DNA of 63,486 nucleotides, filler included, from Reticulomyxa filosa (Eukaryota; Protista; Foraminifera), in the NCBI GenBank assembly GCA_000512085.1. It is 23 parts of 23 records of this genome, joined end to end, with 100 filler letters (N's around TTAATTAATTAA, not from the genome) between each part and the next. Parts side by side here need not be neighbours in the genome. Positions count along the whole stretch, not along the records: positions 47,330 to 49,988 come from ASPP01006451.1; positions 50,089 to 55,730 come from ASPP01022507.1; positions 55,831 to 58,007 come from ASPP01000980.1; positions 58,108 to 59,471 come from ASPP01049612.1; positions 59,572 to 61,095 come from ASPP01040247.1; 18 more parts are not named here. The stretch is one strand, 5' to 3'. The notes beneath the pieces were generated by a model. The model worked only from the letters and a program-made list of their open reading frames with translations, searched no databases and was not told the origin of the DNA. The first letter of the stretch is position 1. The number at the start of each line of letters is the position of its first letter. A program made the translations under genes and the position numbers. Shown here piece by piece: positions 47,660 through 61,095 of the stretch.

Positions 47660-49166
47660 AATTGAAAGTTTGATAAAAGAGTTGGTTGCACAAACTACAC
47701 CTCCACGCCGTGCGATATGTGTATTGCGACGGTTGAAAAAAGTGACGGAGAATGTGGTGGACCCCGAGTTCCGTACATTGAATATCCGCAAAAACAAAGA
47801 CAATTTTTTGGATGTGGGCAATGTGGAAGAGTACCTGCGCGAGCTCGGGTTTGACCATGCATCGGCAGGAGCGGGGAATATGGCGTATCTATGTTGCAAA
47901 GCACCCCCTTCGGAAGCTATCGTCCAACAGTGTACCGTTATAATCGATGGTTACATTGCAATATGTCAAGCGCAAGAGCAGCAAGAGAGCCAACCCACTG
48001 TGCTTTGTTCAAAGGCAGATATAAATGTTTATGCAAATGACAATGGCAATAATAATAATAATAATAATAATCGATTACAAGTAATTGCAACGACGACGAC
48101 AGATATGACAAGTACCCCTTCGCCACCTCTTTGCATAACAGCGTCGCCCAGCCCGGAACCACTCTTGCCGATGACGAGTATTGGCAAACGACGTCGAGGA
48201 CAGCCGAGTCCACAGAAGAGGAAGAACAGACCCGTGTGTGTGATCCGACGTGTGTCGGACAGCAAGACGGCGGACCAGTCCAAGGCCACGTCCAAGTGCG
48301 CGACAAGTGAGCAGCCGTGTGCGCACTCGTACAAGACAGAGTCGTTTGCAACCGAAGCGAGCGTCACCACCACCACCACCACTCCGTCCAGTCTTGTCCT
48401 GTCGACCGAGTCGGGGCAGTCGTCGTCGTCATCGTCGTCGTTAGCCTATATTATCCAACTCATTACGTCACATGAAAAAGTGAACGCCTCGCCATCGGGA
48501 AAGGCGTTATTGCTGTGTCACAAATGCTTTTCTACTTCTTCGTTATCATATACATATATACATATATGTATATATATATACATATATATATATATATACC
48601 TATATTTGCAATGGACATACAGAGAATTACTGCATGCGATTCAACAACGCTTTTTCATTGAGCCCAACGACGACCGACTAACAAGTGATGCGAAACAGAT
48701 GGAAGAGTGGGTGACCAGAGTGCAAAGGCCGATCCAGAAAAAGTGCATATTGCTGTTGTGCGACTGGCTTCGCCATTACTTTTCCGAGGATTTTGCCGGC
48801 CAACCCCACGTGTACAAACAATTGTTCGCATTTTTGAATGAGATCCACAAGCGCTTGGACCACGCCCACGACGACGGGTGGCATCACCAACTGGCTCTGT
48901 TGCTGCAGTCCAGCATTCGCTATGGATACCAGCAGCATCAGCAGCTGTCTGTCGCGCGCGGCCACAAGCAGGCCAAAACAGATTCGACGGGCGGGCATTT
49001 GACCAAAGTCGAGCATGTCACAGAAGCGGATATGGAGGCCAAAGTTGAAGTGGAAGCTGGGGCTGATGTGTCAATGTCTGAGATGAAGAAAAATAAAAAG
49101 AATAAGAATAAGAATAAGAATAAAAATAAGAATAAAAATAAAAATAAGAACAAGAATAACAATAAC

Positions 49167-49211
<45 letters not shown>

Positions 49212-49455
49212 TTTAAAGACAAACAAAAACACAAAGAAAAAGAGATAATACAACAACAGTTTGAATCTGAACATTCGTATTCTGATCGTAGCTCTTCATG
49301 TTCTCTCAGCAGTGACAATGACAATGATAATAATAAACGACACAGTACCAAATCTGGAGGGCTGATTCGATTGATTGCTTGTTCTGGATGTGCCAGTGAA
49401 CACAACTCCGATCGTTCGCTAGTGTCCACGTACTCCAAAGTACCCATTGAAACTG

Positions 49456-49487
<32 letters not shown>

Positions 49488-49988
49488 ACGACAAACAAAA
49501 TGAAGCAAGGCGCGAAAGCGAAAAAAAAATCATGGCTGATCAAACCCCCTCTGTCCAATCGACGCCGCGCCAGTGTGCTGGACAACAACAATGGTGCGTG
49601 CAACTTGGCTTCGCAACACTCGCACATGCACGCACATGCGCACACCAATCGCTTGGTGATTGACCCCCACAACAACACCAACAAGACTCTATTAACGCAA
49701 TATCCACCCAAAAAAATTTGCGAGCAAATCACTTGGATGGATTTCACCTACTTTCTGCGCATCTCTTCTCGAGAGTTTTTGCATTATGTGTATGTCGCAG
49801 ATCCAACACAAACCAATGTCAATGTCAATGTTAATGCTAATGCTAATGCTAATGCTGATGTCATGGTGTCTTTTCCCAACTTGCAAGCTATGATCGACCG
49901 CTTCCAAGCTGTCAAGCTCTATGTCACTTTGTCTGTGCTGCGACCCAGTTCCTTGCCTATTCGAGCTGTCATTTTGTCCCACTTTTAT
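47660..49988 (+). CDS. RasGEF (REM + CDC25) with an N-terminal PUB-like domain (partial)
   Basis: PUB-like: LRRLKKVTENVVDPEFRTLNIRK..VEEYLRELGF. REM: ELLHAIQQRF..IQKKCILLLCDWLRHYFSEDF. CDC25: YPPKKICEQITWMDFTYFLRISSREF..PNLQAMIDRF..IRAVILSHF. Poly-KN and poly-N tracts. Confidence 0.82.
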
Positions 49989-50189
49989 NNNNNNNNNNNN
50001 NNNNNNNNNNNNNNNNNNNNNNNNNNNNNNNNTTAATTAATTAANNNNNNNNNNNNNNNNNNNNNNNNNNNNNNNNNNNNNNNNNNNNAAAAAAAAAAAA
50101 AAAAAAATTTATTATTTATTTTTATTTTTACGTATACATATTTGATAATGCAAAAGGGTGGATGTTTTTTCCATATGTCAAAAAAAAAA

Positions 50190-50432
50190 CTTGGTTGCCA
50201 GTGGTGACAGCAGTGGTAGTGGGGATAGCCGGGAGATCGAATAAACTATTGGAATATTCGAGGAGTCGAGTGTCGCTGCCGCCCAAGACGAAGAGATAAG
50301 TATGATAATCAATGGCAGTGGTAAGCATGGTATTGTGACGATACCGCGGATAGTTGAGATGTACGCTGCAAATATTCAACGACATGGTTTCCAAGTTAAA
50401 CATTTGAACAAGAGTAGTCGGGAAAGCATTAC

Positions 50433-50487
<55 letters not shown>

Positions 50488-51340
50488 GTTTGGAAGCACG
50501 AGACCCCCTGTAATGTAGACAACATTTTGGACCATAATGGAGCTATGCAAAATGGTTCGATTTGCCAAGTGCACATCCAAGACGACGCTGGATTGGTTTT
50601 TGGAAATGGGTCCCCCGACGGAGACGATTTCGATGTCATCGGTCCACAGCTCTTGTTCCACGACAACAGAGGTGTCGTTGGTAACGACCAGCAACCCCCC
50701 TCCAAACACAAAGATGCTATTCCAGAGTGCAGAGTATTCGCAAGCGAATGAATATCGGTACTGTGTGAGCGACACGTCGGTACGTACCTGCCATTTGTAC
50801 TTTGCGATTTCGTATACCTGCAGCCACTTGGTTGCTTTGGTGGGCTTGTTGTGATTCAAAGGATCGCGCACGTTGCCGCCGACGAAAAAAATGTGACTGT
50901 TGTTGTGGGTGATGCAGCCATATGGTGATCGGTAGTACGGGTCCGGCAGATTCGATAACGTGTGGTCCAATAGATTGTACTGGTAGAAACTATAAGGGTA
51001 ATTGTCATTGATAAAGTACAGACGGTTTTGCACAGTCACCGATTTGCTTGTTGTCACGTTCAGCAACAAAGTCCTTCCACATTTTCACTGACGAGTTCCT
51101 CACGTCCCATTGCAAGTGCAGTCGCTGGTTCGGACTACCTCCTAACTGGTATGCCATCCTCTCTTTCGTACTCCAGTCGTTGTCGTCGTACCCAAACCCA
51201 CTGCCCCCTTGGACCAAGTGCGACGGAATCGCGTCCGACAAGGTCCAAGAATACAATGGGGTGCATGTTGATTGTCGCAATAATGACAAACAAGACAGTA
51301 AGAATGTTGACAGGTGAAACACACAACGAGAACACATTTT
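50190..51340 (-). CDS. Secreted Kelch-repeat-like beta-propeller protein (one frameshift, 3'-partial)
   Basis: Signal-like MCSRCVFHLSTFLLSCLSLLRQSTC. Kelch-like GG blades IFFVGG, IFVFGG, VYITGG, LFVLGG and LNYPRYRH. Frame switches at ~51070-51010. Confidence 0.7.
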
Positions 51341-52791
51341 GGATCCTATTATCTTTGAAACTTTTTTTGGAGGCCACAAGAAGGCTAACGCAGCAACGTT
51401 CAAAACATATATTATATATGCGTATATGCATATGCATTGTTGTTGTTATTTGTACTGCTTTAAATTAAACAATCCTTTTTTTTTAAGAGCATCATTTTTA
51501 TGCTTGCTTTTGCTAATTTACCGTTTTTGACCATTTGCATTATCATTTATCTTTTCTTTTTGTGTCAGTTCCACAAATGATTTTGGTCATGTTTATGATA
51601 ACAAATAGATATTTTCATGTGCTTTTATATTCAATCAAAGTGAAATTTGTGCTAACAATACTACATACACAATAACATTTAGATACGTATAATACGCAGT
51701 CAGTATCGATACATGTACGTAATAGACACAAAAAAAAAAAAGAGAAATTTCCGGCATTATCTCGATACTAGCAAGTGATTAGCAAAAAAGTATATATAAT
51801 GTTTAACTTTAATTTTTACTAAGATGTTTGCTAGTATAACGTATGTAATGTATGTATTAACTTATGTCTTTGTTGTATTAGTCAATGTTAACATTGTAAA
51901 ATTAGTTCTTGCAGCTTGTAAATAAGAAAAACTTGTTCTAATATTCGCGTATTACTATTATCCCTTTTGCGCAAAATCGTGTACAATATAATTTCAATAA
52001 ATATTTTGTTTGAAATATGAATACACATCAAAGTAATATTAGTATACATTATATCGAGTGACAATATAAAAGAAATAGAAGTCTAGTGGCCGGTTATTAT
52101 TTACATAACCAACTCATATTAAATGTGTCTACAATGTAGAAAATAAAAAATGAATCTTTATTCAAAAAATTTATAGCAACGATGCTGCCGCTTTGATAGA
52201 ATTTTTTGTGAAAATTTGTTTTTTTTTAGTTAGCTTTTTGATCAACAGTTGACTGCCTAAAGGGGAAGAAGTTCTTTCGTTTACATTTTTTTTACCTGAC
52301 AATATGTAATCACCTAATAAAAAGAATATTGTGGATGCTACATATAGTGGCTTCAATGGAACATGACTCACTTAAGAAGAATGCGCTAGTGTGTCAATCC
52401 CAGCATTTCACAAAAATTGGACAACTGACAGAGAAACAATAGGTTGCACGTGATCAAATGAAAGTATTACGAAGATTGGAGTCAAAAGGTTTACATTTTG
52501 ACCTCGCAAATATATTAAAAATTTTTAAAAACGTAATCCAACTGCCTTCAAATGTTTAAAAACAGTACGTTCTGCATAAAAATGACGAGCAAGGAGACAC
52601 AAAAGTTCAGGGTCTGTTTTTGCATCATCTGATAGTAATCTACATCCTTTGATAAAAATAAATACAAGTGGGAAAATGGATATTAATATCAAAGAAACTA
52701 CTATTACACCACAGTTGGTAAACTTTTGTTTAATATTTCGAAAATATTTGTCTTGACACTTAAACACAAACATATTTACTTGCGAAAGTAG

Positions 52792-53848
52792 TCAGAAAGA
52801 GATATTAAGGAAATTATTAATCACTGGATTCGAATTTTAAACATTAAATTAGGATGGATTAATGATTTTGATAAAATTGTTGTCAGATATGTTATGTTTT
52901 TGTTTTCCTTTTATATATTAATTAACAATATTTATTAATGACAAATAATTAATATTGAACATACAGACAAGACATTTTAAATTATTAAAAGTCTTTCATG
53001 GACATGGCAGTAAAATAAATAGCGTGCGATTTTCAAAAGACAGTCGAATGATTGTTTCAGCATCACATGATAACACTGTTAGAATATGGGATGTTAAATC
53101 AGGAAAACAGATTCAAATATTCAAAGGGCATTCTTCTTGGGCCCACTGTGCAGAATTTTCACCAGACGGAAACACAGTTGTGTCTGGTTCAATGGACAAA
53201 ACAATTCGATTATGGGATGTAAAATCAGGAAGAGAATTGATGAAATTGGAAGGGCATTCGCAGTGGGTATTAGGTGTAAACTTTTCTCCAGATGGTAAAA
53301 ATATTGCATCATGTTCAACTGATAAAACAATCCAATTATGGGATGTGAATACTGGGAAAAAATATCAGGAACTAATAAGTCAATCAAGTGTATTGGATAT
53401 ACAATATTCACCAGACAGTCAAATGATTGTATCACGATCTGACAGTAAAAACGTTGGTTTATGGAACATAAAATCAGGTGGAAAACTGAAAGAATTAATA
53501 GGACATTCAGATACTGTAATGCGTGCAAAATTTTCTCCAGACGGTCGGTTCATAGTATCTTGTTCAGTGGACAATACAATAAGGATATGGGACGCAGAAT
53601 CAGGAAGACAATTGAAAATTTTGAAAGGACATGCAGATATTGTAAGACATGTGAAATATTTTCCAGATGGTCAAATTCTTGTATCATGTTCAAAGGATAC
53701 TACAATTCGTTTGTGGGATGTAAAAACAGGAAAAGAAATACAAAAATTAGAAGGACATTCAGGTGTGGTTTTATGTGTCGATGTTTCAACAGATGGAAAT
53801 ATAATTGTGTCCGGTTCTGAGGATTGCACAATTCAAATTTGGAGATGA
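52792..53848 (+). CDS. WD40-repeat protein (7 blades) with a conserved leader exon
   Basis: Seven GH..FSPDG..IVS.S.D.TIRLWD-type repeats. Exon 52792-52890 (IINHWIRILNIKLGWINDFDKIVVRY) joins 52967-53848 via a phase-0 GT-AG intron. Confidence 0.95.
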
Positions 53849-55691
53849 CACAAACTTACAAATCTTTTGCAAAAAAAGCATTGTAAAATATCATATTATA
53901 GAGATAATTGATTTTTTCCCACGAAAAATCAAGCTTTAAGCAAAATCTTTTTAAAAATATCTCAAGTAGCTTTGATTTTTCATTTTATCTTTTAGAAATA
54001 TTCAAAATGTAAATCTTTAATCAAAGTGTTGATAAGTTTTGCTTTGTATCTACAGTATATATACGCATTTTCAAATACAGAGTTTACAAAAAAATTTAAA
54101 TCAGTTATAAATATTTTCAATGATTTTAATAATAAAATTGATGTTTACGTATTTGTTTTTCAATGTTTTTTATAAATTTAATTTGAATTTTTTGTGTGTT
54201 TCAAATTTGTTTTATTTATTTGCATATATAAAACATAATACTTATACTATTTTAAATGTACAAAATTTCTTTTAAAAGGCATTTTTCACAGTTTTTTGGG
54301 GCTTTTTTGCTAGATTTATCATATAATATTGCAAATACAATTTTTGTTTAAATTAAACAAATGATCTAAAAAACAAATTTAATAAATAAATAAGATAGTG
54401 TTTAAAAAATTAGGACGAAATGTTTGCTTTTCATATAGAAAGTTGATTATCTTCATAAAGTAGTATAATAGGTGCATCATTTTTTTTTTTTGCAAACTAC
54501 TGCACTTGAAAATGCGTATACATATATGTTTTTCTAATTGTGAATGATAATAAATCACTTGTGTTTTCAGAATACACTGAATTGTAAACATATTGATCAG
54601 TGTATCGTCTTCTGTTGTGTTTTGAGCAAATTGCAATAGAGGTAACAATATATTAAACACAAGACAAAAAGTTACATTGTAAAGAAACAAGACTATCAAA
54701 TCCAACAAATGAAAACCAAAGAAAGTTTTTTATTACGCACTGGATGCATTCACGTCTTAAGATAACAAGACGTATACTCAAAAAATGACCAGCTCAGAAA
54801 ATAACACAAAAAAAAATATCGCTTGAAGCACAAATAAAAGTAATAGCGTGTTTCATCATTTACACGTTAAAGCTGCATCTGACGTTGGAAGTGTCAAAAA
54901 AACAATAACTTTTAACAACTTTGGTCAGCAAACTGTTGTTTGGTAAAAGAGTAGATGGCCAAAGTTAACTGTAGATAAACAAAATCTCCCAATATCACTA
55001 CGATGAGCAGCATTCTATTGGGCCTACTTACTATTCCTAAATGGAACTGACGATTTATCTGTCCCCTTTTTTACACTTAAAAAAAAGAAAAGGCAGAAAT
55101 GGTAGAAAAAATGTACGACAATGAAGGAAATTAAACGAAAAATTTGAGCAGTGGAAAAAAAAATTAAATCATAGCCACTAGAATTGTAGGATCACGAGCC
55201 GCCGGCCTGTCAATTGGACATTGTACTAAAAAATGGACAATTCAGACTGTCCATTGTTTTATTTATTTGTTTTTGTTTTTTTTTGGGCTCAAAGCGTCTT
55301 TAAAAGAGCAAGGAAATGAAAGAAGGAGAAAAAAGGACAGAGGGGGTGAATTGTTCTTTTCGCTTTTTTTTTTAGCCAGCAACGTAGTGATCACATGTAT
55401 TTTTGTTATTTATTTTTTAAAAAAAAAGAGGAAAAAAAAACGCATAATAAATTGTGTAGGCTTGACATCTGCCTTTTTTTTTTCCTCAAGAATGTTTAGC
55501 GATGTTACGCAATTACGAGTGGTTCAATTATGACATTAAAAAAAAAAAGGGGAGATGCCCCTGAAATTATTTTGGGGATACATTAGGAACAATAAAGTCT
55601 TCCCAAACCAACCACAAAAAAAAAAAAAGGACAAATAAAAAAAAAAACAAATAAAAAAAAAATGCACAAAATGTCAAACCATTTTTTTAAC

Positions 55692-55730
<39 letters not shown>

Positions 55731-55830
55731 NNNNNNNNNNNNNNNNNNNNNNNNNNNNNNNNNNNNNNNNNNNNTTAATTAATTAANNNNNNNNNNNNNN
55801 NNNNNNNNNNNNNNNNNNNNNNNNNNNNNN

Positions 55831-55912
55831 TCAAACTCATGAATCCATCCTAATTTGATTTTCAATGTCCGAATCCAATGATGAATAATTTGAATCTCTT
55901 CTTCTTCTTCTT
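55831..55912 (-). CDS. Leader exon of a second member of the HWIRxLxIKLGW family, truncated by the contig end
   Basis: Reverse strand reads EEEEEIQIIHHWIRTLKIKLGWIHEF, homologous to 52800-52872. Confidence 0.75.
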
Positions 55913-58114
55913 TTTCTTTTGACTATTTCAATTACACGTAATAACGTTAAATAAAAGAAATAATAAAAACGTAAAGACAACTTAGGCTTAACTTTAATTG
56001 ATAAATTTAAGTTCATTCTTGAGCTTTTTTTAGTTATTCTTGATATGTTTTTTGATGATGCAAGATAAAAAAAATGCTTGAACTTTTGTTTAAAAAAGGA
56101 AAAACTGAACTAATGTGCACATAAGAAACATTTTGAAATGAAAGATAAATGTTACATTTTGTAAAATATCTTAACAACAATTTTATAATGCAAAAATTTT
56201 GAAATTTAAAAATAGAGGTTACTTATATTTGTGAATGAAATAAATAAGTGTTTATATTTAAACAACAAAAGTCTCAAATGAATCATTTGGACCCGCAATT
56301 TGATGTTCTTGTGTAACTGACCAAATGGTTAAAAAATGCATTGTCATTATGTCCATATAATCACATATTTTTATTTAATTGTTACTATCGTTGTTATTTG
56401 ATGAGAAGTTGGAATATTTTTACCAAATATTTTTGGAAAATCTTTGAAAGGGTGTATTTCATGGTAATTAAATATGATATGCATTTGGTCAATTGATAAA
56501 GAGTTTTTATCGCTTGCCGTTAACATGTTTCTATCCTTTCTATGTCCATATTTTTTAGTATTTTCGTGAAGCTCATGCTTTGCCCAATTATTTTGTCATT
56601 TGTGGAAATTGTATTCAAACTAATTCAATTCTCTTTAAAACAATTGTTTAATATTTTCTACAATTTGAAATAATCTCAAATTACTTATTTTTAAATTTAA
56701 AAGCTGTTAAGGTAATTTTGTTTTTCAAGTCTCTTAAGGTGATGCGTCATTAATATGAACTTTTTTCTCTCAATGTTTATTTAATTAAGAAAAAATTACA
56801 TAGAGTAAAGTCCATTTTTACAATGTTTTTTGAATTGTAATTATATTCTATTGTCATTACAATTTGCATACATTTTATCAATTGCTTTGTTAGCGCAGAT
56901 ACAAAAAAGTACGGTGATTGTCACTTCTTTTTCAGAAATCCTGTTTTTTTAAATTATGTGATATGCATTGTTTCTTCGTCTTACAATAACGTTTTGACTT
57001 AGTAATTGGGGAAATCAACAAGTCTGTGTTTTATCACAATTATAAATAGGATAAAATAAAGAAATTTTAAAAATGAATTATTACAACACAAATACAATTC
57101 ATTGAATTAGTACAGTTCAATTCTGAACATATCTAAACATAAACTATCCCTGAGATATTCAATCATTACAATTTTTTGAATTATTGATTATTTATATCTT
57201 GTCTCAGAAGGAGATATTTCTCTTGATAATACGCCCTGTTATTACTTTAACATTTTCCAGTTTTGAGTATTTTGATGCTGTTCATGCAATGCGGTTTTGA
57301 TATGTCTTGTGTTGACAAAATTGTCTAATGAGGACATAAGAAATGAGATTCCAAATTGGTTTCTCGTTCATTGCTTTCTATCTAAAATTAGTTGTAATAA
57401 TCAACTGGAATTATTCTAAACAGTCAATGTCTTTGCACAAAAACATAATACAAACATTGAGTAAAATTACACTCGACAAAGTGTACAAGATTTTTGAGAG
57501 TTAACTTGATGTTTTACGCAATTTATACTTTGCTTATTTTATGGTTGTAGAATCAAAAAAAAAAATTTGTCTTGTCATCATAGTGTTTTCCAATACACTC
57601 GATGCGGCAAACACTTCTATTTTATATTTGTGATTACTTTTATAATAGTCCATCTATAATGCTTTTCTTGATAGCCACAATTGATCCATGATCATATTTC
57701 CTTCTCTTATTATGTTTTGATTGATGCACCATCTAAAATGACTTCATTTTCTTTTATTATTCACCAAATTGCAACAAAATTATTGATACCTTTTTCTTGA
57801 ATGTATTTATGAACTAATTACATATTTGCAAAAAAAGTAATGTAACAAAGAATGATTCTAAATTCAATGATCCAGTCTGTTTAAAATGAGCTTAAAAAAA
57901 AAAATTCATATTCAATTGTATGCTCTTATGCGTTCAAATTACTCATTTCCTATAATTTTGAGTAAACTAGAAATTAATACCAAAAAAATCTTATTAAACA
58001 AAACTTTNNNNNNNNNNNNNNNNNNNNNNNNNNNNNNNNNNNNNNNNNNNNTTAATTAATTAANNNNNNNNNNNNNNNNNNNNNNNNNNNNNNNNNNNNN
58101 NNNNNNNTATATAC

Positions 58115-58148
<34 letters not shown>

Positions 58149-58177
58149 GTAGATATATATACATATATATATAAAAG

Positions 58178-59471
58178 CTCGTCGTCATTGCGAGTATATA
58201 ATCGTAAGCGCACCGCCAGAGTACTTTGGAACGTACCAATTAACAGAATACAACTCGACTCACCGTGGACAATGGGTGAAAGTGGACGACGCGTATAAGA
58301 ACATCACATACGTGAACGGGTCGTGGGTCATGTTCGATTCGAACGCGAACAAAGGAGCCAATTTCAGATATGTGACGTTGCCGTCAATCGATTGGAAGCC
58401 TCCGGACTTGGGTATATGGTATCTGCGACATATCGGATCGACGTCGAACGTGTCAGTGACAATCGAGTGCGAAACAACTCGACCGCCCACGTCATCGCCC
58501 ACTCGACATCCGACTATGGCGCCGACGCGATCGCATTGCAACGGCATCCAAGTGTGGAACATGACACGACTGTTACCAAAGGATTTCCCGCTCAACATCG
58601 TAGGTTGGTATCGCAAGCAGCCGTATTTGATAAATGGCAAGCGATGGTGGCAAAGCGAAGACGGACGTGAAGCAATAAAATTCTTTGACGGATTGTGGTA
58701 TTTCTTGCGAGTGGACAATCCGCAATTGGACACGGAAACCATGGCCAATCGTCTGCTGACCAACTCGTCGCGATGGGACGATCGACCTCCATATCGAGCC
58801 AATTGGACGTATCCCAAATACTCGTCATTCGCCGTCGAGCTGATTGTTATGTGTCATGCGACCATGCAGCCATCCAAATCACCCACACGTGCGCCCACTC
58901 TCCCTCCTACCGTCAATCAGCCTCCCAAATGGACCTTATGTCCGAATAAACCTTTGTTTTCGTTTTCCAAAAACGAGTCCAACCAAACGGTGTTTTGGCC
59001 GATTCCGCAGGCAACCGACAGTCAAGCTATCACTGTCGAATTGTGGCAACAAGTGTACACAGGCATTGATCTCAAAGACACTCTTCACAAAGTTAGCATG
59101 AATAAAGTAAAGCCCGGTATAGTGCTCGCGTCCGGATTCCGCTACGATCTTGTATACAAGGCGACCGACTCGAGCGACCTGACCAGCAACTGCACCATCA
59201 CCATTTACGTGATCAATGGCACAGTCTACAACGACTCCTTGGACTACTGCATACACAGCTCCTTCTCCATCAACGTCGTAATCAACGAGGACGACTACAC
59301 GCTTGTCAACACCGACCAACAGCAGTACGCGGTCGACAATGGCATCACCATTTCCAAAGTCTATCTCCCCGACTTGGTCGCAAAGAGACAAAACTGCTAC
59401 GTGCGCGCTCAGTTTGTGCGACAGGTGTCTCCCAAGACGGCGCAGACAGCTACCTCCACTTATCTGGGCAT
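58178..59471 (+). CDS. Extracellular modular protein with PT-rich linkers and a HYR domain (internal exon)
   Basis: Open from an AAG acceptor at 58177 to the contig end. Linkers PPTSSPTRHPTMAPT and PSKSPTRAPTLPPT. HYR-like NQPPKWTLCP..VFWPIPQATDS..YDLVYKATDSSDLTSNCTITIYV. Many NxS/T sequons. Confidence 0.75.
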
Positions 59472-61058
59472 NNNNNNNNNNNNNNNNNNNNNNNNNNNNN
59501 NNNNNNNNNNNNNNNTTAATTAATTAANNNNNNNNNNNNNNNNNNNNNNNNNNNNNNNNNNNNNNNNNNNNTGGTAACGAAAAAGACGATGAAAATGGAA
59601 AGCATTGAAATATATGAAGTGTATACTTACATCATCAGCAACAGATATAGAGACAGTGACATGAACAAGGGAAGACTGAACTAAATGAGTTTGTGTTGGC
59701 AAATCGTTTATAAAAATCAAAAAAGGATATCAATGGATTGAACGCAGAGATACCAATGAGAGAGATTGCAGCATAATAGTACGAGGGACACGTTGCAGCG
59801 CAAAGTGCGTGATTGAACGAGACATTGCATTTGCAAAGCTTGGATGAGAACATTTCAATAAACAGCAAAAAGGCGAATATACTTCAGAGTGAATACAAGC
59901 AGATGCTTGGAAACTATCCGCGATCTGAAGGCCGAGATCCAATACGTGCAGCGAGAAATGGGCATCGAATACAAAGTTTAACGAATCTACATAGACTCAT
60001 TAAGAACAAAGTGGAATGCAAGCCTCAATGCAGATCAACCTATTTGGATGCAAATGCAAAATTAAATATAGCCAAGCAATCACCATCATTTCTGCAACAC
60101 TCGTCGTCCTTGACCAATCCCATAGGTTTGACTAAAAAGCATGTTCTATCACAGTCAAATTTGTTGTCGAAGTTAGCAGCACGAGGAAACGCAAAACGAT
60201 AGCACTTGCAAGACCACTATTCTTTGATCGTCAGAACGGAGCTACGTGATGACCATTATCAATGTTCAATCCATCACTGTACAGGTATTTCTTTGATACT
60301 CCATATAATACTAACAAAAAAAAAAACATATCAATTAAATAGCAGTCAAGAAACGAAGAAGACAATAATACTGTCAAAATAGAGACAGGTGAAGCTGTGA
60401 GTGAAATAACAATGCTGAATTTGCTTACGAATACAAGTACGAGCACAAGTGCGAATATATGCGGATGATAGTGAAGTTGGCGACACAAAGGCCCAAGACA
60501 GTGTCAACTCCACTCTAGCCTCCCGGAAACCAGTCCTTTGATCCATTTCTTATATCAGCTCTTGCATCACTTACAAATTGGATATTTATCGTCGTTGTGT
60601 TACATATTCCATATAATATATTGAATATATAAGTTTTATTTTTGTAGCATTTTGATGGAGAACATGTGCAATTGTGGTTGTTGATGAAACAGTGCCCTTT
60701 ATGTGGTCAAGATATTGACAATGATGGAGCCAGTGATTGCTTTGCTGCGTGTGTTTTGGTCGTATTCATATCATTGGGTATGAAATTTTTTATTTTTAGT
60801 TTGTGTAATGATATATAATACTTTACTTAAAGAAATGAGAAAACTAACCGCACAGGTATTCATAAAGGTTTTAAATTAAAAAAAGCAATATCAATGTTTA
60901 CAAAAACGTGTCGAATATATTAAGGGATTAAGTATATATGACGATGAAAATGTAACTGTAACAACGAATACAAATATAAAATTGGCCAATAAAAAAACCC
61001 TTTTGTAGAAATTCTTCAACATTGAAAATGATTAATCAAACGCAGAAACTTAGCAAAA

Positions 61059-61095
<37 letters not shown>

